Source: Nitrospirota bacterium
GTDB lineage: Bacteria; Nitrospirota; Thermodesulfovibrionia; Thermodesulfovibrionales; Dissulfurispiraceae
Reading direction: 5' to 3'
Assembly: GCA_963790025.1 (NCBI GenBank)
Contig: CAWBMP010000004.1
Coordinates: forward strand, 512,001 to 576,000
Length of the DNA: 64,000 bases
A model generated the notes under the pieces. It was not told the origin of the DNA and ran no database searches. It was given only the letters and a program-made list of their open reading frames with translations. Each line of letters starts with the position of its first letter. The first letter of the stretch is position 1. Both the position numbers and the translations under genes were made by a program. Positions 1 to 8,534 of the stretch are shown piece after piece.

Positions 1-601
1 GAAGGTCATCCGTGCTGGTCAGAAATCCAAGAAACCACATATTGTCGGCCTCACCGGTAATCTCCAGAAGTCCCGGACATACAGCGTGAAGATCGGCCTG
101 TAGGTTGTTTACTACCCGTACTCGCTCATCGACCAAACGACGCCGGCGCCGTGATAGCCGCTTTAGAATGTCGTTGTCCCGCGGCGTTTTGCGTACCTCC
201 TGCAGCACATCCTTGGCTATCGGCAGATGATCTCGAAGCTGAAAAAGCTCCAGTCCTTTCCTTGCGTCGATTGCATCGGTCTTCGCGGCACCGGGGAATA
301 TCTCCTTGAATCGAGCAAGCTTGAGATTGTTGATATTGAAGAGGCGATAATTGCGGGCTCGAACGAGCGTGTCCAGCGGACGTGCGTAGCCGTTGAAGCC
401 CTCCATTGCTACGGCAACGGGACAACTAAACCTTTGCTCCTGCTTCTCGATGCGACAGAAGAATTGCCGGAACCCTTCAGGTTCATGCACGATTGAGAAT
501 TCATCGAGGACTTCACCGCTGGATAGGCCGATTGCAACGTTGTGACTGCGGCAGCCAATATCGACGCTTACACGCAGTTCGAGGGGATCATCTTTTTTCA
601 T
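1..601 (-). CDS. IS110-family recombinase/transposase, N-terminal 200 aa (runs off the window start)
   Basis: Manual translation from ATG 601 (RBS AAGGAG) is open to base 1: MKKDDPLELRVSVDIGCRSH...VAVAMEGFNGY...AAKTDAIDARKG...LSRRRRRLVDERVRVVNNLQADL. This has the DEDD tetrad D14/E67/D109/D112 followed by the coiled-coil typical of IS110. Absent from the ORF track because it has no stop in the window. Confidence 0.95.
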   Translation of the reverse strand, partial: MKKDDPLELRVSVDIGCRSHNVAIGLSSGEVLDEFSIVHEPEGFRQFFCRIEKQEQRFSCPVAVAMEGFNGYARPLDTLVRARNYRLFNINNLKLARFKEIFPGAAKTDAIDARKGLELFQLRDHLPIAKDVLQEVRKTPRDNDILKRLSRRRRRLVDERVRVVNNLQADLHAVCPGLLEITGEADNMWFLGFLTSTDDL

Positions 602-625
602 GTAGTCTCCTTTGCAGACAAGATT

Positions 626-817
626 ATCATCCTCAGGTCTCGTCTACTTACAGAGCCACATTTGGCACCATCCCGGTCGACCCTTTTGAGGATGATGCAG
701 ATGACGGAGGCGGCATTTCAGACTCAAGTGAGCCTGAATGAACAGGCCACTGACCCCACAAGCCACACCCCCGTTAAGCATATCTTACATGAATAAAGCT
801 GCCATAGTCATCTGCAT
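626..817 (-). ncRNA. Predicted IS110 bridge RNA (target-binding loop ~704-774, donor-binding loop 626-696)
   Basis: Stem ACGGGGGTG/CGCCTCCGT encloses an internal loop capped by hairpin AGTGGCCTG-TTCATT-CAGGCTCACT. A perfect 10-bp stem ATCATCCTCA/TGAGGATGAT encloses a second internal loop. Loop strands match the flank and the element end. Confidence 0.8.
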
Positions 818-900
818 AAATCCTATGGTAGACCCCATTGTTTCCGTTTAAACCTATATCTCCCCCTTGTCACTTGCGTTAACAGCCACAAACTTGACTA

Positions 901-1179
901 TTACTCTGCTTCGTCGAGTCCCTTATTTAAAGCGCCTTCTATAAGCGTTATATGCCGCCCGACATTTTCAGCGAGCACCGCAATTTCTTTAAAATTGCGG
1001 GGGCGTTCGTTCTCCGGGATCGCTTCAAGTGCAAGCGCGAGCAGGTGCACATTGTGATAAAGATCCTCCAGACGCCTCCGTACTGGTCCCTCACGATCCT
1101 GAAACTTCTCTATCCAATTTGCAGCTCTTTCGATCTCTGCCTCCAATTCTTCATATGTTTTTTTCTTAGCCTCCGCCAT
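901..1179 (-). CDS. Hypothetical helical protein (92 aa)
   Basis: ORF with strong RBS (GAGGAG) and protein-like charged helical composition. Confidence 0.7.
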   Translation of the reverse strand: MAEAKKKTYEELEAEIERAANWIEKFQDREGPVRRRLEDLYHNVHLLALALEAIPENERPRNFKEIAVLAENVGRHITLIEGALNKGLDEAE

Positions 1180-1205
1180 TTTAACTCTCCTCTTTTGGTG
1201 ATTTT

Positions 1206-1307
1206 TTAAATAGCCTCTTCAAGCAATTTAATGTATTCCTCTTTTTTATTCTTCTTCTTCGCTGTTTCCAATTTTAGTAATATATCATCCAGCTTTTTCT
1301 TAACCAT
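1206..1307 (-). CDS. Small hypothetical protein (33 aa, MVKKKLDDILLKLETAKKKNKKEEYIKLLEEAI)
   Basis: Manual translation; RBS GAGGGG upstream; co-oriented directly upstream of the 92-aa ORF. Confidence 0.45.
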   Translation of the reverse strand: MVKKKLDDILLKLETAKKKNKKEEYIKLLEEAI

Positions 1308-1744
1308 ATTTTTCCCCTCTATGAGCAGTAACTAAAAACCGCTCCTGTTATCACCGCGTTTGTGAGTATACCTATAATGATAGCGCTCCTCAAAGAAGAA
1401 TATCAAAGAATTCTTGATAATAATATTCTTCAGATGAGTATCCAGGCAGTTAGAGAACAGTTTCATCCGTTGCACTTCAGCGACATAAAGATAATAGATT
1501 CCATTCTGTGGGGATTTGTTTCGAAGGCAAAAGGTGGTGCTTTACTTTACCGAGATATTCAATACTTATGAGTTGAGAGGTGGACCCCATTGCGGCCGAT
1601 TTGAGATAGAAAATCCCCTGCCGTCAGCCAGCATTCGGTAAACCACATAGCGAGTGCAGAAGCAATGTTTCAAGTGGAAACCAACGCCCTTGGAGAGTTG
1701 ACTGACGTGTTGAGTTTCAGGTGCAGTAGAGCTCGGGTAAAAGT

Positions 1745-2638
1745 TCACTTCACGAGTTTCTCTAGTTCCTCAAGGCTGAACGAACTCTCATAAGTCCGTT
1801 TCATCCACCTGGCACAAAGGTTGGCGCTCAGCGGTATCCCAATGGGAGAAATCCCAAGTTTAATACAAAGCCGCATAGCTTGAGCCAGCTCCGGAATGCA
1901 AGCAATCCCGAGTGCTCCGATGTCCGGATGCTCTGCCTTTAGCCTCCCGAAGAGTTTTTTCTGGTCTATCGTTATCGATATGTAAGGCCGGATATCGTAC
2001 TTCGCAAGCAGCTTGCTGCCTAAACGTATAAAACAATCCTCGGTACAACCCATACAGACATGCTCGATATCTCCAGGGACTGAACTGCACTGTGGTCTGA
2101 AATCTCTCAGGCAATGAGGAAGGAGCGCAAACTTGTAGCTACTTTTCTTGAAAGCATTCTTGTATATTCGGTTAACCAGTTCGATCTCAAGCATGTAAAG
2201 ATGATATCTTTCCTCTCGCGTTCCGATGGTCTTGTCGAACCTCTGAGAAAATGGGATGTTCTTTAAATGCTCATTAACCCCCCGCGTATATGTGTGAAGC
2301 GCTTCATATAGTTTCTTTCGCATGAGAGCGATGAGGGCATCATCACATGCATAGGCCAACTTCTTTTTGAACCTCATTCCACCCGCTTTCTGGACGTGAA
2401 AGAGGAGGATGCGTTGATCCGGACAAAGGACTAAAAGACTTTCTACGATGGCGTGTATGGTGCTGAAGTATTGATCAGTTGATAAATCGACTCCGAATAG
2501 AGAGTAAGTCTTGCCTGAAACTGCTTTGTATGATCTATCCACTTTTTTATTATAACTCGCAGAAAGAGCCCTACGGAAGGAGCGAAACATCAGTTTCAGT
2601 CGGGAATTGATATCCTTGGCGAACAAGCAAAGGTGCAT
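1745..2638 (-). CDS. DUF116-family Cys-motif protein (true start probably further downstream)
   Basis: LLPHCLR...C...CMGC...C...GIACIPEL...GIPLSANLC motif pattern. Confidence 0.7.
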   Translation of the reverse strand: MHLCLFAKDINSRLKLMFRSFRRALSASYNKKVDRSYKAVSGKTYSLFGVDLSTDQYFSTIHAIVESLLVLCPDQRILLFHVQKAGGMRFKKKLAYACDDALIALMRKKLYEALHTYTRGVNEHLKNIPFSQRFDKTIGTREERYHLYMLEIELVNRIYKNAFKKSSYKFALLPHCLRDFRPQCSSVPGDIEHVCMGCTEDCFIRLGSKLLAKYDIRPYISITIDQKKLFGRLKAEHPDIGALGIACIPELAQAMRLCIKLGISPIGIPLSANLCARWMKRTYESSFSLEELEKLVK

Positions 2639-2921
2639 ACCCGACTACTGCTCAGGTATTGGGCGCTGAAACAGTTGCGCATTGAGGAACAAATGGAATG
2701 AAGCATTTGAGTTATCCAAAGTTCCCCATGTCAATTTGAACGTAGCTACCCGTCATTCTGGATACAGTCAGAAGCTTTATTTGGCACATAAAAAGGTTGA
2801 TAATGAAGCCGCCATAGAGTTTGGAGATAGTCAACAAGTGGGTAATTCCAAGTATAGGTTAGACATAAAAGGTTCGTAGAAGTTGCATTAATGGTTAAAA
2901 AAGTGTTATAAATCAAATATC

Positions 2922-2950
2922 GATCGGAGGTTCGAATCCTCTCGCCCGGA
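2922..2950 (+). other. tRNA 3'-end fragment (T-arm plus acceptor 3' strand, probably tRNA-Pro); putative attR
   Basis: GGAGG-TTCGAAT-CCTCT-CGCCCGG-A with no D-arm or anticodon arm upstream. Confidence 0.7.
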
Positions 2951-2964
2951 TTTTATTTCACAGA

Positions 2965-3570
2965 CTAGAAGGCGAAATCGCACTCTGCCTGTCTGCAGCT
3001 CTTTGCCGCCTTTATGACCTTTTCTGCCGAATCGAACCCGAGCGCCATCATTTCCCGCAACTGTATCTGAAAGATCTGTGCGGCAAAGAAGGCATCTGCA
3101 GCGGCATTATGCCGGTAAGACCGTTGCAGGCCATAAGCCGCCATCATACCGTCAAGGCTTAAATCCTTTTCTTCCATTTTCCGTTTTCGCCTCAGCCAGC
3201 GCTCCACCATTGCTATGTCTATAAGATCTCTTTTGAATTTCACTCCCAAGGCCTTGAAATTTGTTTTCAAAAAAGTGAAATCAAACTCGACAGTATGGCC
3301 AACGAGTATGCCATCGAGGACCTTAAGAATCCGGTCCGAGACCTCCTCAAATACCGGCGCATCCATGAGATTGTCCTTGCTTATCCCGTGGTACCTCATT
3401 GCTTTGTAGTCGTAACTTTTAGGTTTAATCAGGGTGTAAAAAGTATCCCGCACAAGGATTTTTAAATTAATAACAGGTACACAGGCGAAGGATATAATCT
3501 CATCCTTGTCGAAGTTTAATCCTGTTGTCTCGATGTCAATGGCATAAAATTGGGCAGTTTTCAAGTCCAT
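2965..3570 (-). CDS. DEDDh 3'-5' exonuclease (DNA pol III epsilon-like)
   Basis: DIETTG, GHTVEFD and HNAAADA motifs; usual partner of the adjacent DUF294 protein. Confidence 0.9.
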   Translation of the reverse strand: MDLKTAQFYAIDIETTGLNFDKDEIISFACVPVINLKILVRDTFYTLIKPKSYDYKAMRYHGISKDNLMDAPVFEEVSDRILKVLDGILVGHTVEFDFTFLKTNFKALGVKFKRDLIDIAMVERWLRRKRKMEEKDLSLDGMMAAYGLQRSYRHNAAADAFFAAQIFQIQLREMMALGFDSAEKVIKAAKSCRQAECDFAF

Positions 3571-3588
3571 GTAACGATGTCTTCCAAC

Positions 3589-5418
3589 CTATAGTTGACT
3601 ATACATTATTGTTCGACTAACGTCATATCTTTTCATCAGGAACTTCTGAAATTCAGAGACGATCTTAAGAGACTCCTTCAGTATGAGCAAATCGACCTGT
3701 GACAGTTCCTTTGAGGCGACCAGATTGTCCATAGCAGACTGATTCAATACCGTCCGTGCCTGATGTCTCAGCCTTAACCCCTGCAAAAAACCGAACGACT
3801 CGATAAGATCGTGGCACATTTGCCCGCTGATCGTTGCGTTGGCGCTCAACGCCTCCAATCTCTCTCTGGTGTTGGTCCTCGCCCATATCCCGCTGTCTAT
3901 AGCGAGGACCCTTGCGCCGTTAACAATCGGATAAATACCATAGGTCTTCAGGTCCACACCCTGACGCAGACCTAATATTCCGAATATTCCAAGTGGAGGC
4001 CTGATTTCAATCGCATCTTCAGCCATCAGCTTCAGGGCCTCGGCTTTCACTAAGTCCTTAATCGACTCCAGCAAGTCGTCGTACAGGTCTGTCTCCCCGT
4101 ATACAGGTCTCATATCGAGAAACACGGAGAGGTACCGGAGATGAAAAGGGATCGGGTCTGAAAACCACTGTTTAAAGTATTCTCTCCACACCCGCAGGGG
4201 TTGATTCCACATGCTGTTGGATGCCATGTAGTTTCCGCGGCATTTGGGAACCCCGATGACAGCCAACGTTTCACTAATATCGTCGGCTAATGTTACGGGG
4301 ATGTCTCCTTCGTAAATTATAGCGTTGTCCTGGTCGGTCCCGATGATCTCTTCTTTTCTGCCGGAACTGCCCATATGCATCCACAGGAACTGAGCAGGAG
4401 CATGTCTGCCGATAAGTATCTCAATGACCTTGGACACTACAGCGTCATGAACAGTGCATAACATCCTGGTCAGGTCATAGAAATTAGGACCCGACATCGC
4501 AATCTTTGAGACTGATACCCTGAGACTGTCAAAAACGGTTTTGAGCTCGTCTATAGAAGTTGCCCGATTGATCCTTCTGAAAAGCTTCACTATGGAGAAG
4601 GAGGGTTCCAGATGGACCTGAATGTCCTTTCTTGTGATAATACCGCAGACCTTATCGTCTTTAGTGACAACAAGGTGGTCTATTCCGGCATCGATCATTT
4701 TTGTAAAGGCATCGAATATCGTTGCCTGCGCGTCTACTGTCTTAACAGGAGATGACATGAACCCGGTAACAGGGTCCAGCCTGTCGCCCCGGATCAATAC
4801 CTTTCTCAGGTCCTCATCGGTCAGTATGCCGACCGGCTTTGCATCATTGTCCACAATGATGATCGAACTGACCGAATTCTTGTCCATCTCAGAAGCAGCG
4901 CTTAGTATCGTAATATCAGGGCTGCAAACAATAGGTTTTTTATATATAATCCTCTCAACCTCAAGAACGAATGAGGCCTCCTCAAGGATCTTCTTGTCAG
5001 ATGCAATGGTCTTGAATGACCGGAGTCTCCTGTTGATTAAAGTCGAGAAAAACAATGCAAATCTCTCATTGGCATCGAAGACAGCCTTAAATTGCCGGTA
5101 AGCTACCGAATAGCAAACGGTGTCCTCGATCGCCCTGGCAGTCGTATTCAACAGGCGTCCAAAAAGTGATATAATGCCGAATATCTCGCCTCTTGCAAGG
5201 TAGTCGACTACTGTTTCGTCATCATAGAGGCCGACAAGTCCGGAGAATATCAAATAAACGTATTCAGAGGTCTGTCCCTTTTTATAGATTGTCTTCCCTT
5301 TTTCAAACAACTCGACTTCTAATCCGGATATTATGATGTCCAGCTCATTTTCCGACAAAAAGGAAAAGGGACGTATCTTGCGTATAAACTCCTGCGGTGG
5401 AATCATCAATAATATCAT
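3589..5418 (-). CDS. cNMP-binding + CBS + DUF294 putative nucleotidyltransferase
   Basis: N-terminal cNMP domain, CBS pair, MGSSGRKEE...TDQDNA, FLDMRPVYG, DLKTYG...T.ERL. Confidence 0.9.
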   Translation of the reverse strand: MILLMIPPQEFIRKIRPFSFLSENELDIIISGLEVELFEKGKTIYKKGQTSEYVYLIFSGLVGLYDDETVVDYLARGEIFGIISLFGRLLNTTARAIEDTVCYSVAYRQFKAVFDANERFALFFSTLINRRLRSFKTIASDKKILEEASFVLEVERIIYKKPIVCSPDITILSAASEMDKNSVSSIIIVDNDAKPVGILTDEDLRKVLIRGDRLDPVTGFMSSPVKTVDAQATIFDAFTKMIDAGIDHLVVTKDDKVCGIITRKDIQVHLEPSFSIVKLFRRINRATSIDELKTVFDSLRVSVSKIAMSGPNFYDLTRMLCTVHDAVVSKVIEILIGRHAPAQFLWMHMGSSGRKEEIIGTDQDNAIIYEGDIPVTLADDISETLAVIGVPKCRGNYMASNSMWNQPLRVWREYFKQWFSDPIPFHLRYLSVFLDMRPVYGETDLYDDLLESIKDLVKAEALKLMAEDAIEIRPPLGIFGILGLRQGVDLKTYGIYPIVNGARVLAIDSGIWARTNTRERLEALSANATISGQMCHDLIESFGFLQGLRLRHQARTVLNQSAMDNLVASKELSQVDLLILKESLKIVSEFQKFLMKRYDVSRTIMYSQL

Positions 5419-5601
5419 ACCATAAGGGTAGTGGTCCGATGAGTTCTGTTGTCAACAAATAGAGTTGTCCGGTTTTAGAGCAAATAAACTGTCCGGTGAG
5501 TTCTTGACAGAGGGAGAAAGTGTGATAGCATTTAAAAAAGAACCGGGAAGGAGCCCTATGCTCATTAGTTTGAAGGAACGCCGGGCCAGGTAAGATTATA
5601 G

Positions 5602-6177
5602 ATGAAACGTTGTGAATGGGCCAATGGAAGTGATATCGAACAGTCTTATCATGATAATGAATGGGGAGTAGAAAAACATGATGACAGAACACTGTTAGAA
5701 TTCCTCATCCTGGAGGGCGCTCAGGCTGGATTGAGTTGGTCTACCATCCTTAAAAAGCGTGAAGGTTACAGAAAGGCCTTCGATAATTTCGATGCCCGGA
5801 AAATTGCCCGATACTCGGAGAAGAAGATTTCCATGTTGCTCGCCAATCCTGAGATCATAAGAAACAGGCTCAAAATCAACTCGACTATCACCAACGCCAG
5901 GGCATTCCTGAATGTACAGAATGAATTTGGAAGCTTCGATAAATACATTTGGAGATTCGTGAATGGGAAACCCATCAGGAATTCATGGAAAAACATATCG
6001 GATATCCCCTCCAGAACCCCTGAGTCGGATGCCATGAGTAAGGATTTGAAGAAAAGAGGTTTCAAATTCGTCGGTGCGACAATTTGTTATGCGTTCATGC
6101 AGGCAGTGGGCATGATAAACGATCATGTTGTGGGCTGCTTCAGATACAAAGATAGAGGTGGAGTGAAGCATATTTAA
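5602..6177 (+). CDS. tag: DNA-3-methyladenine glycosylase I
   Basis: RCEWA, YHDNEWG, LEGAQAGLSW, IIRNRLKI, FKFVG...QAVGMINDH. Confidence 0.95.
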   Translation: MKRCEWANGSDIEQSYHDNEWGVEKHDDRTLLEFLILEGAQAGLSWSTILKKREGYRKAFDNFDARKIARYSEKKISMLLANPEIIRNRLKINSTITNARAFLNVQNEFGSFDKYIWRFVNGKPIRNSWKNISDIPSRTPESDAMSKDLKKRGFKFVGATICYAFMQAVGMINDHVVGCFRYKDRGGVKHI

Positions 6178-6377
6178 CATATATGGACTTTTTCAGAGTA
6201 TCATTTTGACCGGCATATTTAGACAGGAAATTCTTGCACTTGGCAATTGACTTCCTCCAAAAATCCGCTCAATGGCTGCGGCGCTACGGGCTGTGACTTT
6301 GCACTTACGAACAAACACTCCTGCTAATCCGAATCAGTATCAAGAACGTGAGCACAAGTTCATGTATATGCAAAAAC

Positions 6378-7100
6378 TTATATTTTATGAGACTGTTTTT
6401 TCAGCACTTTTAATCCATAGGGACAGACTGCTGAGCAAATTCCGCAGTTATGCCCTTTGTGATACTGAAAATAGTGTTCCTTTTTCCATTGATCACATGC
6501 CAATACGTCTAATATCTCTTCTCGTGGCAATCCCGGATACCATGTGTTTCCTTTCAATGCTCTTGCAGGGCAGGCTTCCACGCAGCGCCTACAACGACCA
6601 CAGAAGTTTCGCTCCATCCGTAACCCACATGGAAGCTCAATGTCGGTGAAAACAGTTCCCAGTCGAATCCATGATCCGAACTGGCGCGTGATAAGTTGAC
6701 AATGACGACCTATCCACCCCAACCCTGCTCTAGTTGCTGCAGTTTTGTGGGGAAAGTCTCCTCTGATATTAACAGTATCGGTACGAGTCGAGACCGCCAG
6801 CGGTTTGGATCGAAAACCTCTGACTTTGATTTCGGCTGCTAATGCGATTGATAATTCATTGATATGACTGTTAACTCTGGCATACTCATTAGCGTATGCT
6901 TGGTTAGGCGCGTTCTGGATACTGACCATTATTTGCGGGTTCATTGGAATTGCCCATGAAAGAGCGAAAGGAAATCTTTGCCCTGTTTCATCCTGAGGTG
7001 TGGAAATATCCCTAAGATCTGCTGCACCCCATAGCGTAATCTTGCGTACTTCCATCCAGTCAGTAAGCCAGATAGGAGCAATTATTGACGGATCAGACAA
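6378..7100 (-). CDS. Epoxyqueuosine reductase-like 4Fe-4S (cobalamin-type) protein
   Basis: HKTAATRAGLGWIG, CGRCRRCVEACP, CGICSAVCPYG. Confidence 0.75.
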   Translation of the reverse strand: MSDPSIIAPIWLTDWMEVRKITLWGAADLRDISTPQDETGQRFPFALSWAIPMNPQIMVSIQNAPNQAYANEYARVNSHINELSIALAAEIKVRGFRSKPLAVSTRTDTVNIRGDFPHKTAATRAGLGWIGRHCQLITRQFGSWIRLGTVFTDIELPCGLRMERNFCGRCRRCVEACPARALKGNTWYPGLPREEILDVLACDQWKKEHYFQYHKGHNCGICSAVCPYGLKVLKKQSHKI

Positions 7101-7117
7101 TTCATGCCTCGTATTTG

Positions 7118-7405
7118 TTAATCATGGGTCTCCTCTTGAGAAGCAGTGCTTCTGATAATGCTTTCCTCAAGTTGTTTTACTCTTTTTTTCTGCTCCCGTA
7201 AATCAGAACTTTTTCTTAATAGCGAAGGAATAGATATGAGCATGCCGGCGAGCAAACCTAAAGTAAACACTACGACCAAAATCAAAGCGAGAGAGCCATT
7301 ATAATGGAACGCAAGAAAGCTAACTGTTACAATAGCTGAATTTTGAACTGAAAAAAGAACAATTGCGATTGCAATTAAAAGTGCGAGAACAATAAAAAAC
7401 AGCAT
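7118..7405 (-). CDS. LapA/DUF1049-family small membrane protein
   Basis: TM helix, FSVQN...V.V.F, second TM helix, coiled-coil tail. Confidence 0.8.
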   Translation of the reverse strand: MLFFIVLALLIAIAIVLFSVQNSAIVTVSFLAFHYNGSLALILVVVFTLGLLAGMLISIPSLLRKSSDLREQKKRVKQLEESIIRSTASQEETHD

Positions 7406-7550
7406 AACCTCATCCCAACAGAGTTTTAGCAATTATATCACAAATAAGAATGCGGTCATATCAAAATTACCACTTGTCACATGCAAAGTTATAACAGATT
7501 CGGTTCTTGGGGGCTACAGGAAGCAATCGTGCTTATGATGTTGCGCTCTC

Positions 7551-8357
7551 TTAAGCGAGAAGATTGAGTATCTGACCGTTTTGCTGGTTTGCCTGATTCA
7601 GGACGTAAATCGATGCTTGCAGCCTCACTTTGTCTGCCATCTGCTTGGATGCCTCGGATGCAAGATCGGCGTCGCTTATCTGCGAATAGGCGCTTGCGGT
7701 GTTTACGGCACTATTTGAGAGGCTTTCAGCTGTCGAGCTGAGTCCGTTCTCAGCAGCCCCTATGTTGGACTGTTGTGATGAAATTGCATCTATTGCGTTT
7801 GCCACGGAGGAGATCGCCGATTCTGACTGTGCCTGCGTCTCCGTACCGGCGCCTGACAAGCCCAGGTTTCCGTTGGTGATGTTTCCCGTTGGCACGGTGC
7901 TCTGGTCTCCCGCACCGGTTCCCGACTGGATGCCTATCGATGATGCGCTTCCGTCCAGGATTGAGATTCCGTTAAATGAAGTATTCTGTGCAATATCGCC
8001 AACCGCAGCGTTCAGCTGCTGGAATTGGGTGTCGATGTCGTTCAAGTCGGAGGACGTAAGGATGCCGTCTCCCCCCTCCACCGCCAGAGTGCTCATGGCC
8101 TGCAGGTCATTGCTGGCGTCCGACATTCCTCCAGATGCAGTCTCCAGCATATTCATCCCGTCTGCAACGTTGTTTTCCGCCTGCTGGCTGCCGTTAAGTT
8201 GTGATAAGAGACTTTGTGCTATGGAATAGTCGGCCGAGTTGTCTGAGGCATCGTTGAGCTGGCTGCCAGTGCAAAGTCTTTGAAGAGGCTGAGTAAGCAG
8301 ATTGTAGGCGTTGCTTACAGAATTCACTGAATCACCGTTATTTGTAATGCTGATCAT
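7551..8357 (-). CDS. Short flagellin-like protein (268 aa)
   Basis: Flagellin N-helix (LQRLCTG..LN.ASD..A; NTSFNG..ILDG) and C-helix (ISDADLA.E...L.QANQ....IL.LL). Confidence 0.85.
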   Translation of the reverse strand: MISITNNGDSVNSVSNAYNLLTQPLQRLCTGSQLNDASDNSADYSIAQSLLSQLNGSQQAENNVADGMNMLETASGGMSDASNDLQAMSTLAVEGGDGILTSSDLNDIDTQFQQLNAAVGDIAQNTSFNGISILDGSASSIGIQSGTGAGDQSTVPTGNITNGNLGLSGAGTETQAQSESAISSVANAIDAISSQQSNIGAAENGLSSTAESLSNSAVNTASAYSQISDADLASEASKQMADKVRLQASIYVLNQANQQNGQILNLLA

Positions 8358-8363
8358 GCTGTT

Positions 8364-8392
8364 AGGTTACAACATTAAAAATTATTTGTCAA
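8364..8392 (-). promoter_or_regulatory. sigma70-type promoter, probably leaderless, for the flagellin-like gene
   Basis: TTGACA-17 nt-TAACCT ending 6 nt before ATG; no SD. Confidence 0.5.
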
Positions 8393-8534
8393 GTAAAAAA
8401 TGCACGTTTTTCTGAAACATCTAATAATTCCGATAACATACTGAATTAATAGTATTTTTCTGAATTAACTAGGCTGTCCATACACAAAAGGGGTAGTGAT
8501 TTTTTCCAGAATAACACCGACATCCACACTGGTT

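Larger units (their letters stand above)
1..830 (-). mobile_element. IS110-family insertion sequence (left end plus 5' part of recombinase); left boundary inferred at 830, core dinucleotide TC at 831-832
   Basis: Recombinase ORF plus a structured 229-nt upstream non-coding end. Internal-loop strands match the junction TGGGG-TC|TAC at 837-828 (minus strand). Confidence 0.85.

Noticed and set aside
126..796. ORFs 126-425, 227-496, 493-741 and 542-796
   Set aside because: Shadow frames over the IS110 recombinase and its non-coding end
1362..1571. 69-aa ORF
   Set aside because: No convincing start or RBS; may be a truncated gene remnant but I cannot assign it
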